From: an uncultured delta proteobacterium
GTDB lineage: Bacteria; Myxococcota_A; Polyangia; Fen-1088
DNA: 64,000 nucleotides
NCBI GenBank assembly: GCA_963755125.1
Contig: CAVWIP010000005.1
Coordinates: 26,228 to 90,227 of the forward strand
Direction: 5' to 3'
The notes under the pieces were generated by a model. It was not told the DNA's origin, did not search any database, and was given only the letters and a program-made list of their open reading frames with translations. The translations under genes and the position numbers were made by a program. Shown one piece after another: positions 38,277 through 47,347 of the stretch. Numbering within the stretch: position 1 is the stretch's first letter; the number at the start of each line of letters is the position of its first letter.

Positions 38277-39887
38277 ATGAATCTGGCACCGCCGATCTTG
38301 CCCCCGCCTGCTCCACCGGTCCCGGACACTGCGCGCCCAGCGCCGATCGATCGAGCGGAGGCCCCCAAACGGCCTTCGCTACGCTGGTTGGCGGTCTTCG
38401 CCTTCATCTACCTCTACGCCTTTCCCTACTTCGAGAAGCTGTGGAATGCGAACGAGGTTCCGCGCGTCTTCCTGACTCAGGAAATCGTCGATCACCATCG
38501 TCTGTGGATCGATGCGCGGATCTCCGGCGAGGGAAAGCTGCACGCACTGGACCTCTCGCTCACGCCCGACCACCACTTCTACCCGGACAAAGCTCCGGGG
38601 CTGTCGTTCCTGGCGGTACCGGTTTACTACGTGGCCCGACTGCTGGGCCACCCGTCCATGCGCGTCTGCACCTGGCTGTTCCGGGTGCTCATCGTCACCG
38701 CGCCCGCCCTGATCTTTCTCCCCTTCTTTCTCGGGATGGCCCGACGCTTCGCCCCTGACGAGCCAGCCTGTCGTACCGCGCTGGTGGCGTACGCGCTCGG
38801 CTCACCCGCGATGGTCTACAGTCTGCTCTTCATCTCGCACCAGCTTGCGGCCGCGTGCGTGGGGGGCTCGTTTCTGGCGGCGGTCGCCCTGGCCCGCCGG
38901 ACAACCACCCGCCCATTCTTGGTCGCGCTTCTGGCAGGGTTGCTGGCTGGGGTTTCGGTGCTGGTGGAGTACCAGTCGGTTCTGGCCGTCCTGGTCATCG
39001 CGATCTACTTCCTCGCGCGGGTGCCGAACCGGATTCGAGCCGTGGGAGCGGCTCTCCTCGGGACCTTGCCTCCGGCCATTCTCCTTTGCGCCTATCACAC
39101 GCTGGCCTTCGGCTCGCCCCTCAGGACCGGCTACACCTTTGTGATCCAAGCCACCATGCACAAGGGGTTCATGGGCTTGGTGGGCCCCAGTGCAAACTCG
39201 TTCTGGATAACCCTGTTCTTGCCCTCAAACGGCCTCTTGGCCCTGGCCCCCTGGGTGATCTTCGCGCTGGTCGGTGCGGTCGCGGTGCTGCGCGATCGCG
39301 AGGCGTGGACGCGCTGCGGGGCTGAAACCGTCGTCTGCGTGGCCGTGCCCCTCGTGTACGTTGCCTTTCTCGGCTCCACCGACACCTATCAGGCCCACGC
39401 CGGGTGGTCGGTCGGGCCGCGCTACATGACAGCGGCGCTGCCCTTCGTGGCCTGGCTGGCCGCGGCCGGTTTTCGCGCGGCGGAGCGTTCTGCGCCCGCG
39501 CGTGTCTTGGCGCAGACTCTGGTGATGAGCGCGGTCATCGTCTTTGTCGCTGCTGCAACCACCTATCCCCACTGGCCAGATCAACTACGCAATCCGCTCC
39601 GCGAACTGGCTTTCCCGCTCCTCGCCCATGGATACGCTGTTCATTCGCTGGGGACGCTCATCGGCTTGCACGGGTTTCTCTCCATCGCGCCCCTGTATGT
39701 GGTTGCCCTAGGCACGGCGATCTGGCTGCTATCGCGCGGGCCCCGGCGCTCTGTGCGGCAGACGGCACTGGCCTGCGTTCTTGCCATCGCACTGGTGGCA
39801 GGACACCGTGCCCTTCCCTTGACAGGCCCCTACGCAAGTCGGGTGTGGAATTTCGTCACGGCAACCTGGGAGCCTCCGGCGAGGTAG
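38277..39887 (+). CDS. Polytopic membrane protein, GT-C (ArnT/PMT-like) glycosyltransferase-like
   Basis: About 12-13 hydrophobic segments; first loop NANE..PDKAPG; late loop GWSVGPRY, typical of GT-C fold proteins. Confidence 0.65.
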   Translation: MNLAPPILPPPAPPVPDTARPAPIDRAEAPKRPSLRWLAVFAFIYLYAFPYFEKLWNANEVPRVFLTQEIVDHHRLWIDARISGEGKLHALDLSLTPDHHFYPDKAPGLSFLAVPVYYVARLLGHPSMRVCTWLFRVLIVTAPALIFLPFFLGMARRFAPDEPACRTALVAYALGSPAMVYSLLFISHQLAAACVGGSFLAAVALARRTTTRPFLVALLAGLLAGVSVLVEYQSVLAVLVIAIYFLARVPNRIRAVGAALLGTLPPAILLCAYHTLAFGSPLRTGYTFVIQATMHKGFMGLVGPSANSFWITLFLPSNGLLALAPWVIFALVGAVAVLRDREAWTRCGAETVVCVAVPLVYVAFLGSTDTYQAHAGWSVGPRYMTAALPFVAWLAAAGFRAAERSAPARVLAQTLVMSAVIVFVAAATTYPHWPDQLRNPLRELAFPLLAHGYAVHSLGTLIGLHGFLSIAPLYVVALGTAIWLLSRGPRRSVRQTALACVLAIALVAGHRALPLTGPYASRVWNFVTATWEPPAR

Positions 39888-39898
39888 CAGCCGGTCAG

Positions 39899-40756
39899 TC
39901 AGCCGCCGGACGCACGCCGCCGGGCGGATTCCAGCGTGTTGACCAGCAACATGGCGATGGTCATGGGCCCCACGCCCCCCGGCACCGGTGTGATGGCGCC
40001 AGCGCGTTCGACCGCAGTGGCAAATTCCACGTCACCCACCAACTTGCCGCTGGGCAAGCGATTCATCCCCACGTCGATCACAGTGGCGCCGGGCTTGATC
40101 CAGGCACCGCGGATCATCTCCGCCTTGCCGATGGCCGCCACCAGGATGTCCGCCGTGCCGACCACGCCGGGCAGATCCTTGGTCTTGGAATGGCAGATCG
40201 TCACGGTGGCATCGGCCGCGGTCAGCAACACCGCCACGGGCTTGCCCACGATGTTCGAGCGACCCACCACCACGGCGCTGGCGCCGCGCACCGGCGTACC
40301 CGCCTGCTCGATCAACTTCATGATCCCGTAGGGCGTGCAGGCGATGAAACGTGGCTCGCCGATGAGCAGACGGCCCAGGTTCTCGGGGTGAAAACCGTCC
40401 ACGTCCTTGGCCGGATCGATGGACAGCAGGATGCGCTTGCTGTCGATGTGGGGTGGCAGCGGGACCTGCACGAGAATTCCGTCCACCGTGCGGTCGGCAC
40501 AGAGCGATCGCACCAGATCGAGGAGCTGCGCCTCCGAAGTGGTGGCAGGCAGGTGGTGATCGAGGCAGCGATACCCGGCCTCGGCCAGCGCCTTGGTCTT
40601 GTTGCGCACGTAGATCTGCGACGCCGGATCTTCGCCCACCAGGATCACCGCCAGCCCCGGTTGGCAACCTCGTTCGTGAAGTTTTTTGGCCTCGACCGCA
40701 AGCTCGCCGCGAATGCGAGCCGCCAGCGCCTTTCCGTCGATAATCTTGGCTGCCAT
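39899..40756 (-). CDS. folD: Bifunctional methylenetetrahydrofolate dehydrogenase/cyclohydrolase
   Basis: From ATG 40756: [48 protein letters not shown]. Confidence 0.97.
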   Translation of the reverse strand: MAAKIIDGKALAARIRGELAVEAKKLHERGCQPGLAVILVGEDPASQIYVRNKTKALAEAGYRCLDHHLPATTSEAQLLDLVRSLCADRTVDGILVQVPLPPHIDSKRILLSIDPAKDVDGFHPENLGRLLIGEPRFIACTPYGIMKLIEQAGTPVRGASAVVVGRSNIVGKPVAVLLTAADATVTICHSKTKDLPGVVGTADILVAAIGKAEMIRGAWIKPGATVIDVGMNRLPSGKLVGDVEFATAVERAGAITPVPGGVGPMTIAMLLVNTLESARRRASGG

Positions 40757-40938
40757 GGTGATCCTTTCCTGCTTGCGCCTATCACGTCCGGTCGCAGGCG
40801 TGCAACCCCCTGTTGCCGATTCTCGGACGCCCCGTCCGTGGCGGACCCGGCCGGCGCGCGCCCCGGACGGGCCAGCGTGGCAAGCGCGGCCCTCCTGTGC
40901 CGGTTTCGCCCGGCATGGCTGTTGCTTTGGCCGGGCGC

Positions 40939-42801
40939 ATGCGTCTTGCATTTCGATACGTCATCTCCTGCCATGTCGTGCTGCTTCTGTGTCTTGTCCG
41001 ATCGCCGGCCGCAGCGGCCTGGTCGCTGGCGCTGGCCGGTCGAGTGGAAAGCGTGGCAGCCGCCGGGGATCGAGTGGCCGCCGTGCGCGACGGAACGGTC
41101 ATCCTGTTGCGCGAGGACGGCACGCCTTTGGGACGGGTGGAGGATGTTGAGACGCCGCCTGCGCATCACAAGACGCGCGCCAGTGCCCGCGACGAGGAGG
41201 ACGTCCTCGATTTCTTGGGCATAGATGAGAGCGAGCAGGACAGCGCCTGGGTCGAAGATCAACTGGACGACGAGAGCACGCTGTCTGAACGCCGTACCAT
41301 GCGCGGAGGACAGGCTGGCCACAGCCTGGCCCGCGCGGGTCTCGCTCCCGCAATCGCGGCTGCGGAACAGGATATCTGGATGGCGACCGGGACTGGCCTC
41401 TGGCGCTTGCCGGCCGAAGGCGATCTCGTGCGCGTCGCTGGCCGCGACCTGAGCGGGGCGTTGTTGGCGGCTGGGTCTGGCCGCCAAGTGCTCCTGGCTC
41501 AGGGGAATCAAATCTGGCTCGCGTCCGAATCGGAGGGCACTCGCCGCTTGCTCGCCACTATCGCGACCGTCCAGCATGTGGCGTTCTCGTTCTCCGGCCA
41601 GCGCATGGCATGGGCCAACCGCAGCCAGGTCACGTGGAGCGACGGCATCGACGAAAGACCCAGTCAGGCCTTGCCCTTGCCTGAACCCGTCTCTGACCTG
41701 AGGTTCTGCGGCGAGACTCTGTTGCTCCTGTCGCATAGCGGCCTGGCGGTCCTGTCTCCCGAAGGTGTTCCCGAGCGACGCTCGGCGCAGCTCGCCGCGC
41801 GACGCCTGGCTTGTTCCCCCGATGGCGTCGGTCCATGGCTGGCAAGCGGGCCGGACCTGCTCGTCTCATACGACGACGGGCGCACATGGTCGCCGCTGCC
41901 CCTTCCGCGCGGCGTGCGCGCCCTAGCCGCCGCGGTAGGAAATCGCTGTCTGTGGCTGGCGACCGACAAGGGGCTCTACTGCTCTTCGCCGGATGAGCCA
42001 ATGGCAAGCGAGCCGGCAAGTAACGCCGAAACTCGGTCTGCCCCGCGCCCAGCCGGACCGCGCGCAGCAGCTTGGTGGGCGGCATGGCTGCCCCGCCTGA
42101 CGGTACGAGCCGGCGCTGCTTTTGCTCCCGGCAGGCGCGAATATCAGACCGTCGCCCTTGCCAGCTTCCCGCTCGATGCGCCACGGACGCGGGTCTTGCT
42201 GGTAGCTGACAACGACGAAGCCCCTTCACCACCCGTGCCCCGGCCCGTCGATCTGAGCATTCCGGCAGACGCCGAGGCGGACTGCCTGGACGTGGCGCGT
42301 GCCAAGGCGGTGGCGCTGGCCCTGGTGGAGCCAGAACGGGGTCGGTCGTATGTGGAGCGGGCGCGCCACGCAGCGTGGCTGCCGGAGATTCGCTTGCGCA
42401 TGGATCGGCGTCTTGGACGCAGTGAGTCCTTGGATCAGCCTTCCACCTCCACTGCCATCACTTCCCCTCTTGGGGTGGACACCATAGATGACGTACGATA
42501 CGAAGCGCGAGTCACCTGGGATCTGGCCAGGCTGATCTTCAACAGCGACGAACTCGCAGCCCAAGCACAGACGATACACATGGCTGAAATCAGACGCGAC
42601 ATCGAGGTCACGCTGAGCCGGCTCTACTTCGAGCGACGGCGTCTCGGGCTGGAGCGGCTGCCGATTGGCTCAGGGGAGCGAAGCCAATTATTGCGGCGGG
42701 AACTGCGTGTGCGTGAGATCGAATCCGAACTGGACGCACTATCCGGCGGTGCCTTCTCGCAATGCACGGCCGGCCGGACGTCCGCGCAAGGAGACCCATG
42801 A
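40939..42801 (+). CDS. Exported hypothetical protein: BNR-type beta-propeller plus C-terminal TolC/OEP-like beta-hairpin-helix module
   Basis: Signal peptide from ATG 40939; propeller blades ([20 protein letters not shown]), Asp-box SYDDGRTW; two AAWLP-initiated amphipathic hairpins followed by long helices. Confidence 0.7.
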   Translation: MRLAFRYVISCHVVLLLCLVRSPAAAAWSLALAGRVESVAAAGDRVAAVRDGTVILLREDGTPLGRVEDVETPPAHHKTRASARDEEDVLDFLGIDESEQDSAWVEDQLDDESTLSERRTMRGGQAGHSLARAGLAPAIAAAEQDIWMATGTGLWRLPAEGDLVRVAGRDLSGALLAAGSGRQVLLAQGNQIWLASESEGTRRLLATIATVQHVAFSFSGQRMAWANRSQVTWSDGIDERPSQALPLPEPVSDLRFCGETLLLLSHSGLAVLSPEGVPERRSAQLAARRLACSPDGVGPWLASGPDLLVSYDDGRTWSPLPLPRGVRALAAAVGNRCLWLATDKGLYCSSPDEPMASEPASNAETRSAPRPAGPRAAAWWAAWLPRLTVRAGAAFAPGRREYQTVALASFPLDAPRTRVLLVADNDEAPSPPVPRPVDLSIPADAEADCLDVARAKAVALALVEPERGRSYVERARHAAWLPEIRLRMDRRLGRSESLDQPSTSTAITSPLGVDTIDDVRYEARVTWDLARLIFNSDELAAQAQTIHMAEIRRDIEVTLSRLYFERRRLGLERLPIGSGERSQLLRRELRVREIESELDALSGGAFSQCTAGRTSAQGDP

Positions 42802-43244
42802 CGGAGGATTTGCGCCGCCATCCACGGATCAGCGTCGATGTCCAGGCCAACGTGCGGACCACCGACGGCCGCAAGCTGCCCGCACGCACGCGCGACCTCT
42901 CCCGCTCCGGCATGTGCCTCATCACCACCAGCTCGCTCGCCCAGCGCGACGAATTGCTCATCGATCTCATCCTGCTCTTCGGCCCATCCTCCGCCTCCGA
43001 GCCGTTGCCGCTGCGGGCCCGCGTGGTGTGGTGCACGCCCATCTCACAGGCCTTCCAGGTGGGCGCCATGTTCGAGAAGCTGAGCACGACCGAGCAGTCG
43101 TTTCTCGACATGTTCCTGCGCTACCTCGATGGAAGCATCCTGCCCGCCGGGGCCGAGGCCGAGTCAGTGGACGAGTCGTCAGAAGCCGAGCCAGAGCAAG
43201 TCGAACCTGCGCCGGAAATCAAAGACGATCCGTTCCGACGCTGA
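42798..43244 (+). CDS. PilZ domain protein
   Basis: RRHPR (RxxxR), DLSRSG (DxSxxG), ARVVW, GAMF; ATGA overlap with the upstream gene; acidic tail. Confidence 0.9.
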   Translation: MTEDLRRHPRISVDVQANVRTTDGRKLPARTRDLSRSGMCLITTSSLAQRDELLIDLILLFGPSSASEPLPLRARVVWCTPISQAFQVGAMFEKLSTTEQSFLDMFLRYLDGSILPAGAEAESVDESSEAEPEQVEPAPEIKDDPFRR

Positions 43245-43256
43245 TGTGTGCGCTTT

Positions 43257-44813
43257 CTACCGCGCCGATCGGTTGATGATGGCGGCGGCCACCCGCGCGC
43301 CGTCCAGCGCGGAGCTGACGATGCCGCCCGCGTAGCCAGCACCCTCGCCGGCTGGATACAGGCCCGCGAGCGCCGGAGATTCAAACGTCGTGGGATGGCG
43401 CAGGATGCGAACCGGGGCGCTGGTGCGGGTCTCGGCCGCGACCAGCAGGGCCTGTTCGTGAAGAAATCCGGGCAACCGGCGGCCGATGGCGGACAGGCCT
43501 TCGCGCAAGGACTCGGTAATGAAGCCAGGGAAGACATCATCCAATCTCGCATGTTCCACGCCGGGGCGGTAACTCGACTCGGGCAGACGGTCGTTCGGGC
43601 GGCGAGCCAGAAAATCGACTGCCCGCTCCGCTGGAGCACGAAAGCTGCCGCCGCCGCGCTCGAATGCCGCCGCTTCGATGCGGCGTTGGAAGTCGATTCC
43701 TGCCAGAACGCCGTTGGCCTCCGGTCCGAAATCAGAACCAGCCACAGTCACCACCAGGGCCGCGTTGGCAAAGGGCGAGTTGCGCTTGGCCAGGCTCATG
43801 CCGTTGACCACCAGGCCGTTCACCTCGGTGGACGCAGGCACGATCCAGCCGCCGGGACACATGCAGAAGCTGTACACGCCGCGGCCCGCGCCCGAGGCGT
43901 GCACCTCGTAGAACGCGGGTGGCAGCAGTGGGTGCCCGGCGGCGCGACCGTACTGGAGGCCATCAATCAACGATTGCGGGTGCTCGATGCGCACCCCCAC
44001 GGCAATATCCTTGCGTTGCAGGGCCACATGGGCTGCCTCAGCCCATGTGTAGACGTCGCGGGCCGAGTGGCCGGGCGCCAGCACGACCAGGTCAGCGGGA
44101 ATTTCCCCCGCGCTGGTGCGGACCGCGCGGATTCGTCCTTGCTCTTCGCGCACACCAAGAAACGCGCAGTCGAAGTGATAACACACGCCCAGACCCTGCA
44201 GCCGAGCGCGCAGCGCCTCCAGCAACTTGGGCAAGCGATTCGATCCGATGTGCGGCCGCGCCTCGACCTCGATGTCGGCCGGCGCGCCCAGCGCGACAAA
44301 ATCGGCCAGCACGTCGGCGACCGCTGCCCGATCCTTGCACCGCGTGTGGAGCTTGCCGTCGGAGTAGGTGCCCGCACCGCCTTCGCCGAAACAGTAATTG
44401 GATTCGGGGTTGAGTTGTCCGCGGTGAAGGCGGGCGATGTCGGCTCGTCGCGGCCCCACCGGCTTGCCGCGCTCGATGATGGTCGCGGCCACGCCGGCTT
44501 CGGCCAGCCGCAAGGCTGCCCAGGCTCCCGCAGGGCCGGAGCCCACAATCACCACGCGAGGAACTGGAACAGTGATAGGCCACGACGGACGCGTCGATCG
44601 CGACGGGGCCGCGCTCAGGCTCTCACCGGCCTGAGCGACCTCGATCCGCATGCGATAGCCGAGTCGCCGCTGCTTGCGGGCGTCAAGCGAACGGCGCACG
44701 ACACGAAACTCGCCGACGCGTGTTTCCGCCCACCCCAAAGCATGGGCCACCACAGTCTTCAAAGGATCGTCCAGCGCTTGCAGTGGAACGAAGATGTCGA
44801 CGATCTCGCTCAT
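43257..44813 (-). CDS. Uncharacterised FAD-dependent oxidoreductase (COG2509-like)
   Basis: RRSLDARK, VGSGPAG, FGEGGAGTYSDGKL, FCMCPGG, ETRTSAP, GEGAGYAGGIVSSALDG. Confidence 0.92.
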   Translation of the reverse strand: MSEIVDIFVPLQALDDPLKTVVAHALGWAETRVGEFRVVRRSLDARKQRRLGYRMRIEVAQAGESLSAAPSRSTRPSWPITVPVPRVVIVGSGPAGAWAALRLAEAGVAATIIERGKPVGPRRADIARLHRGQLNPESNYCFGEGGAGTYSDGKLHTRCKDRAAVADVLADFVALGAPADIEVEARPHIGSNRLPKLLEALRARLQGLGVCYHFDCAFLGVREEQGRIRAVRTSAGEIPADLVVLAPGHSARDVYTWAEAAHVALQRKDIAVGVRIEHPQSLIDGLQYGRAAGHPLLPPAFYEVHASGAGRGVYSFCMCPGGWIVPASTEVNGLVVNGMSLAKRNSPFANAALVVTVAGSDFGPEANGVLAGIDFQRRIEAAAFERGGGSFRAPAERAVDFLARRPNDRLPESSYRPGVEHARLDDVFPGFITESLREGLSAIGRRLPGFLHEQALLVAAETRTSAPVRILRHPTTFESPALAGLYPAGEGAGYAGGIVSSALDGARVAAAIINRSAR

Positions 44814-45024
44814 GAGCTTCGAGGAACAAACGCGTTTACGTTACGAAAGATCATGCACCCGTGCCACGCGCAAGGATTTTCTTTCTTGACTGGAGCACGA
44901 TCGCGCCATAAGAATTTCCAGATCGACCCAAAAGAGATCGTTCCTGGCCCGCTGCTGGCGGGCCCGTGAACTCGGCCGGATTGCCTAGGTCGTCACAGAA
45001 ATCCACAAGTCGCGCGGATTCGCC

Positions 45025-45936
45025 TTGTTGTCTCAAATCGCTCAAAAGCCAAAGCGTCGCGCCGTCGCTGTCTTCGCCGGCGCCATGGCTTTCCCTGCGG
45101 CCATTCCCGCCCGCATGCCTGCGCACACGGATAGCCACGCGCCCGCGGTTGCGCTGGTCTCGACCGAGCAAACCGAGCGAGGCATGCCGAGTGAGGAGTG
45201 TCTGGCCAACACCATCTGCGCGGTCAAGGACCGCGTGCGCTGGCGCGCGCCCGCGTGGAAAGCAGAGTTCTGCCAGAAGGTCGCTCACGCCGTTCTGGAA
45301 TCCAGCGAGCGCTATCAGGTGCCGCCGGCTCTCATCCTGGCCGTGATGATCAACGAGAGCGATATGAACGAGGCCACCTTTCGCACCACTGCGCGCGAGG
45401 GAGCCGTCTATGCAAAAGACGGCGGCCTGATGGGAATCCGTTGCATCGTCGACAAGCGAGGCCGTTGTGGCAACGGACACGTGCGGGGCATGACGTGGAA
45501 GGAAGTCATGGACCCGGCGACCAACATCGCCCTCGGCGCGCGCGAATTGGCCCACTATCGCGATGGCGGGGGCGTGGCCAAGGTGACCGTGCGCACGCGC
45601 GACGACAAGGGCCAGCTCGTGGTTCGCCAGAAGTACGTCGCTTGCCCCCACAAGAATCACGCCTACTGGGCCCACTACAACCACGGCCCTCTTTACATCG
45701 ATCACGGGCCGGCCCGGCACTATCCCCATCGCATCGGCGTGCTGTACTACGCGTTGGCGCGAACCATGGGTGTCGACACCACCGAGGTCACCACCACCCG
45801 TCTCACGGTGAACGATCCCGGCCGACGCCCGCGCACCTTCGATCATCCCGTAGAGGCGCGCTACCAGAAGCTCTGTCAGGCCATTCGTGATTCCAAGTCG
45901 GCGTGCACGGGCGTGACCACCGCCGCTCTCCACTAG
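45025..45936 (+). CDS. Lytic transglycosylase SLT-like domain protein, exported
   Basis: VPPALILAVMINES (catalytic Glu), GLMGI (GLMQ variant), MDPATNIALGARELAHY, HYNHG; start codon uncertain. Confidence 0.78.
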   Translation: MLSQIAQKPKRRAVAVFAGAMAFPAAIPARMPAHTDSHAPAVALVSTEQTERGMPSEECLANTICAVKDRVRWRAPAWKAEFCQKVAHAVLESSERYQVPPALILAVMINESDMNEATFRTTAREGAVYAKDGGLMGIRCIVDKRGRCGNGHVRGMTWKEVMDPATNIALGARELAHYRDGGGVAKVTVRTRDDKGQLVVRQKYVACPHKNHAYWAHYNHGPLYIDHGPARHYPHRIGVLYYALARTMGVDTTEVTTTRLTVNDPGRRPRTFDHPVEARYQKLCQAIRDSKSACTGVTTAALH

Positions 45937-45991
45937 ATTCGCCTCTCCGAGATCCGTCGCTGGCTGGGCGACGAGCTTCCGAAAAAACGTA

Positions 45992-46597
45992 CTACGTCTT
46001 CGGGGTGAGCGTCACCTTCTGCGCCACCACGACCGGCTCGCCGCCAAAGGGCGGGAACTTCCAGCGCATCGCCGCGGTCTGAAAACATGATGTCATGTCG
46101 GCATCGACGGACGGCCTGACGTTGACCTCCTTGACCGCGCCCGTGGACTTGACGGTCAATTCGACGACCAGCGCCAGTCCCATCTGGTACTGGAGCGCGG
46201 AGTTTCTCTTGAGCGCACGCTCGTAGCACACCTGCATGGCCTGTGCATGCTGCTTGACCACGCGACTCGCGTCTTGCGGCTTGAGGTCGCCCTTGCCAAT
46301 GGCGAGTCCGTCCCCGTCAGCGCCCACGCGCTTCTGTTTGCGGAGGTCAGCGATCAGGTTGAGGATCTCGGGGTCATTGAGTTGCAGACGATTGGGGTTC
46401 CCCGCAGCCTCGGCGATCTGGTGTTTGAGGTCGGCGACCTGACTCTTGAGCCCGCTCACTTCGCCCTTGCACTCCACCACCTTGTCGTTGGCCTGGTTGA
46501 GCCGGCGAAGCATCTCCTCGTTGTCTCCTCCCTTGCATGCGGAAACCCAACAAAAGCCCGCGCCGACGAGCAAGAATTTAGTCAGGCACCTATTCAT
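45992..46597 (-). CDS. Lipoprotein with coiled coil and AgmX/PglI (TonB-C-like) C-terminal domain
   Basis: From ATG 46597: WVSAC lipobox, heptad region, VCYERALKRN..VELTVKSTGAV..SCF..RWKFPPF. Confidence 0.8.
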   Translation of the reverse strand: MNRCLTKFLLVGAGFCWVSACKGGDNEEMLRRLNQANDKVVECKGEVSGLKSQVADLKHQIAEAAGNPNRLQLNDPEILNLIADLRKQKRVGADGDGLAIGKGDLKPQDASRVVKQHAQAMQVCYERALKRNSALQYQMGLALVVELTVKSTGAVKEVNVRPSVDADMTSCFQTAAMRWKFPPFGGEPVVVAQKVTLTPKT

Positions 46598-46655
46598 TGA
46601 GTGTTCTTTCCAGAAGATGCGTCCGCCGACGGCCCGGCGCCCGCTGTCGCCCGGG

Positions 46656-47195
46656 TCAGCGCAGCTTGGCTTCCTCGTCGGAGAACTCGACCTTGCCGCT
46701 GTAGTTCGCACCCTTGCCGCGCAGCCAGAACTCGGTGCGCGCCAGCACGCGACTACCGCGCTCAATGGTCATGCTGTATTTCTTGTTGGTCTCGAAGTCG
46801 GGCTTGGCCACCTCGATACTCGAGGCGAAGATCCGGCTGCCCTTTTCGCGCATGTACTGCTCGTCGCCCGCCACGTAGCGCTGGGACCCGGGGCCGATCT
46901 CCCAGAACTTGACGGTGATCTCGTTGTCGTTGAGCGGCTGGGCGAAAAACGCGATGTACTCGATCTTCCACACCGCATGATCGGCGCCCTTTTCCTCCTT
47001 GGGCCAGACCTTGTCGATCGATTGGCTGCGCACAGCGGCGATGAATGCCCCCTGCGAGGCAAAGCGCGTGGGGAGCCGGTTGGCTATGATGATGATTCTT
47101 CCCTTGAAAACGTCTTCTGGCTTCGCCGCCTGGGCCCCGGTCGTGAACAAAAGGAAGCAGAGAATGGTCGCTGGAACTCGGTACAACTTGGACAT
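46656..47195 (-). CDS. Exported hypothetical protein
   Basis: From ATG 47195 (GAGG RBS): signal peptide ending AQA, beta-rich mature region, host-like codon usage. Confidence 0.75.
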   Translation of the reverse strand: MSKLYRVPATILCFLLFTTGAQAAKPEDVFKGRIIIIANRLPTRFASQGAFIAAVRSQSIDKVWPKEEKGADHAVWKIEYIAFFAQPLNDNEITVKFWEIGPGSQRYVAGDEQYMREKGSRIFASSIEVAKPDFETNKKYSMTIERGSRVLARTEFWLRGKGANYSGKVEFSDEEAKLR

Positions 47196-47266
47196 CGCGG
47201 TCCTCGTGCGGTGGGTTGCTTGGCTGTTCACTTTAGCCGCTTTTTGGTTCGGACGCTGGGGGTTTT

Positions 47267-47294
47267 TTGACGACGCAGCTCACCCTGGTACCGT
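47267..47294 (+). promoter_or_regulatory. Sigma70-like promoter for the Clp-family gene
   Basis: TTGACG-16 nt-TACCGT with an extended -10 TG at 47286-47287. Confidence 0.45.
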
Positions 47295-47347
47295 GCTGGT
47301 TGATGCTACAGGCTGGTGAGCCTTGCCCCGCGTGCGCCCCGACCAAC

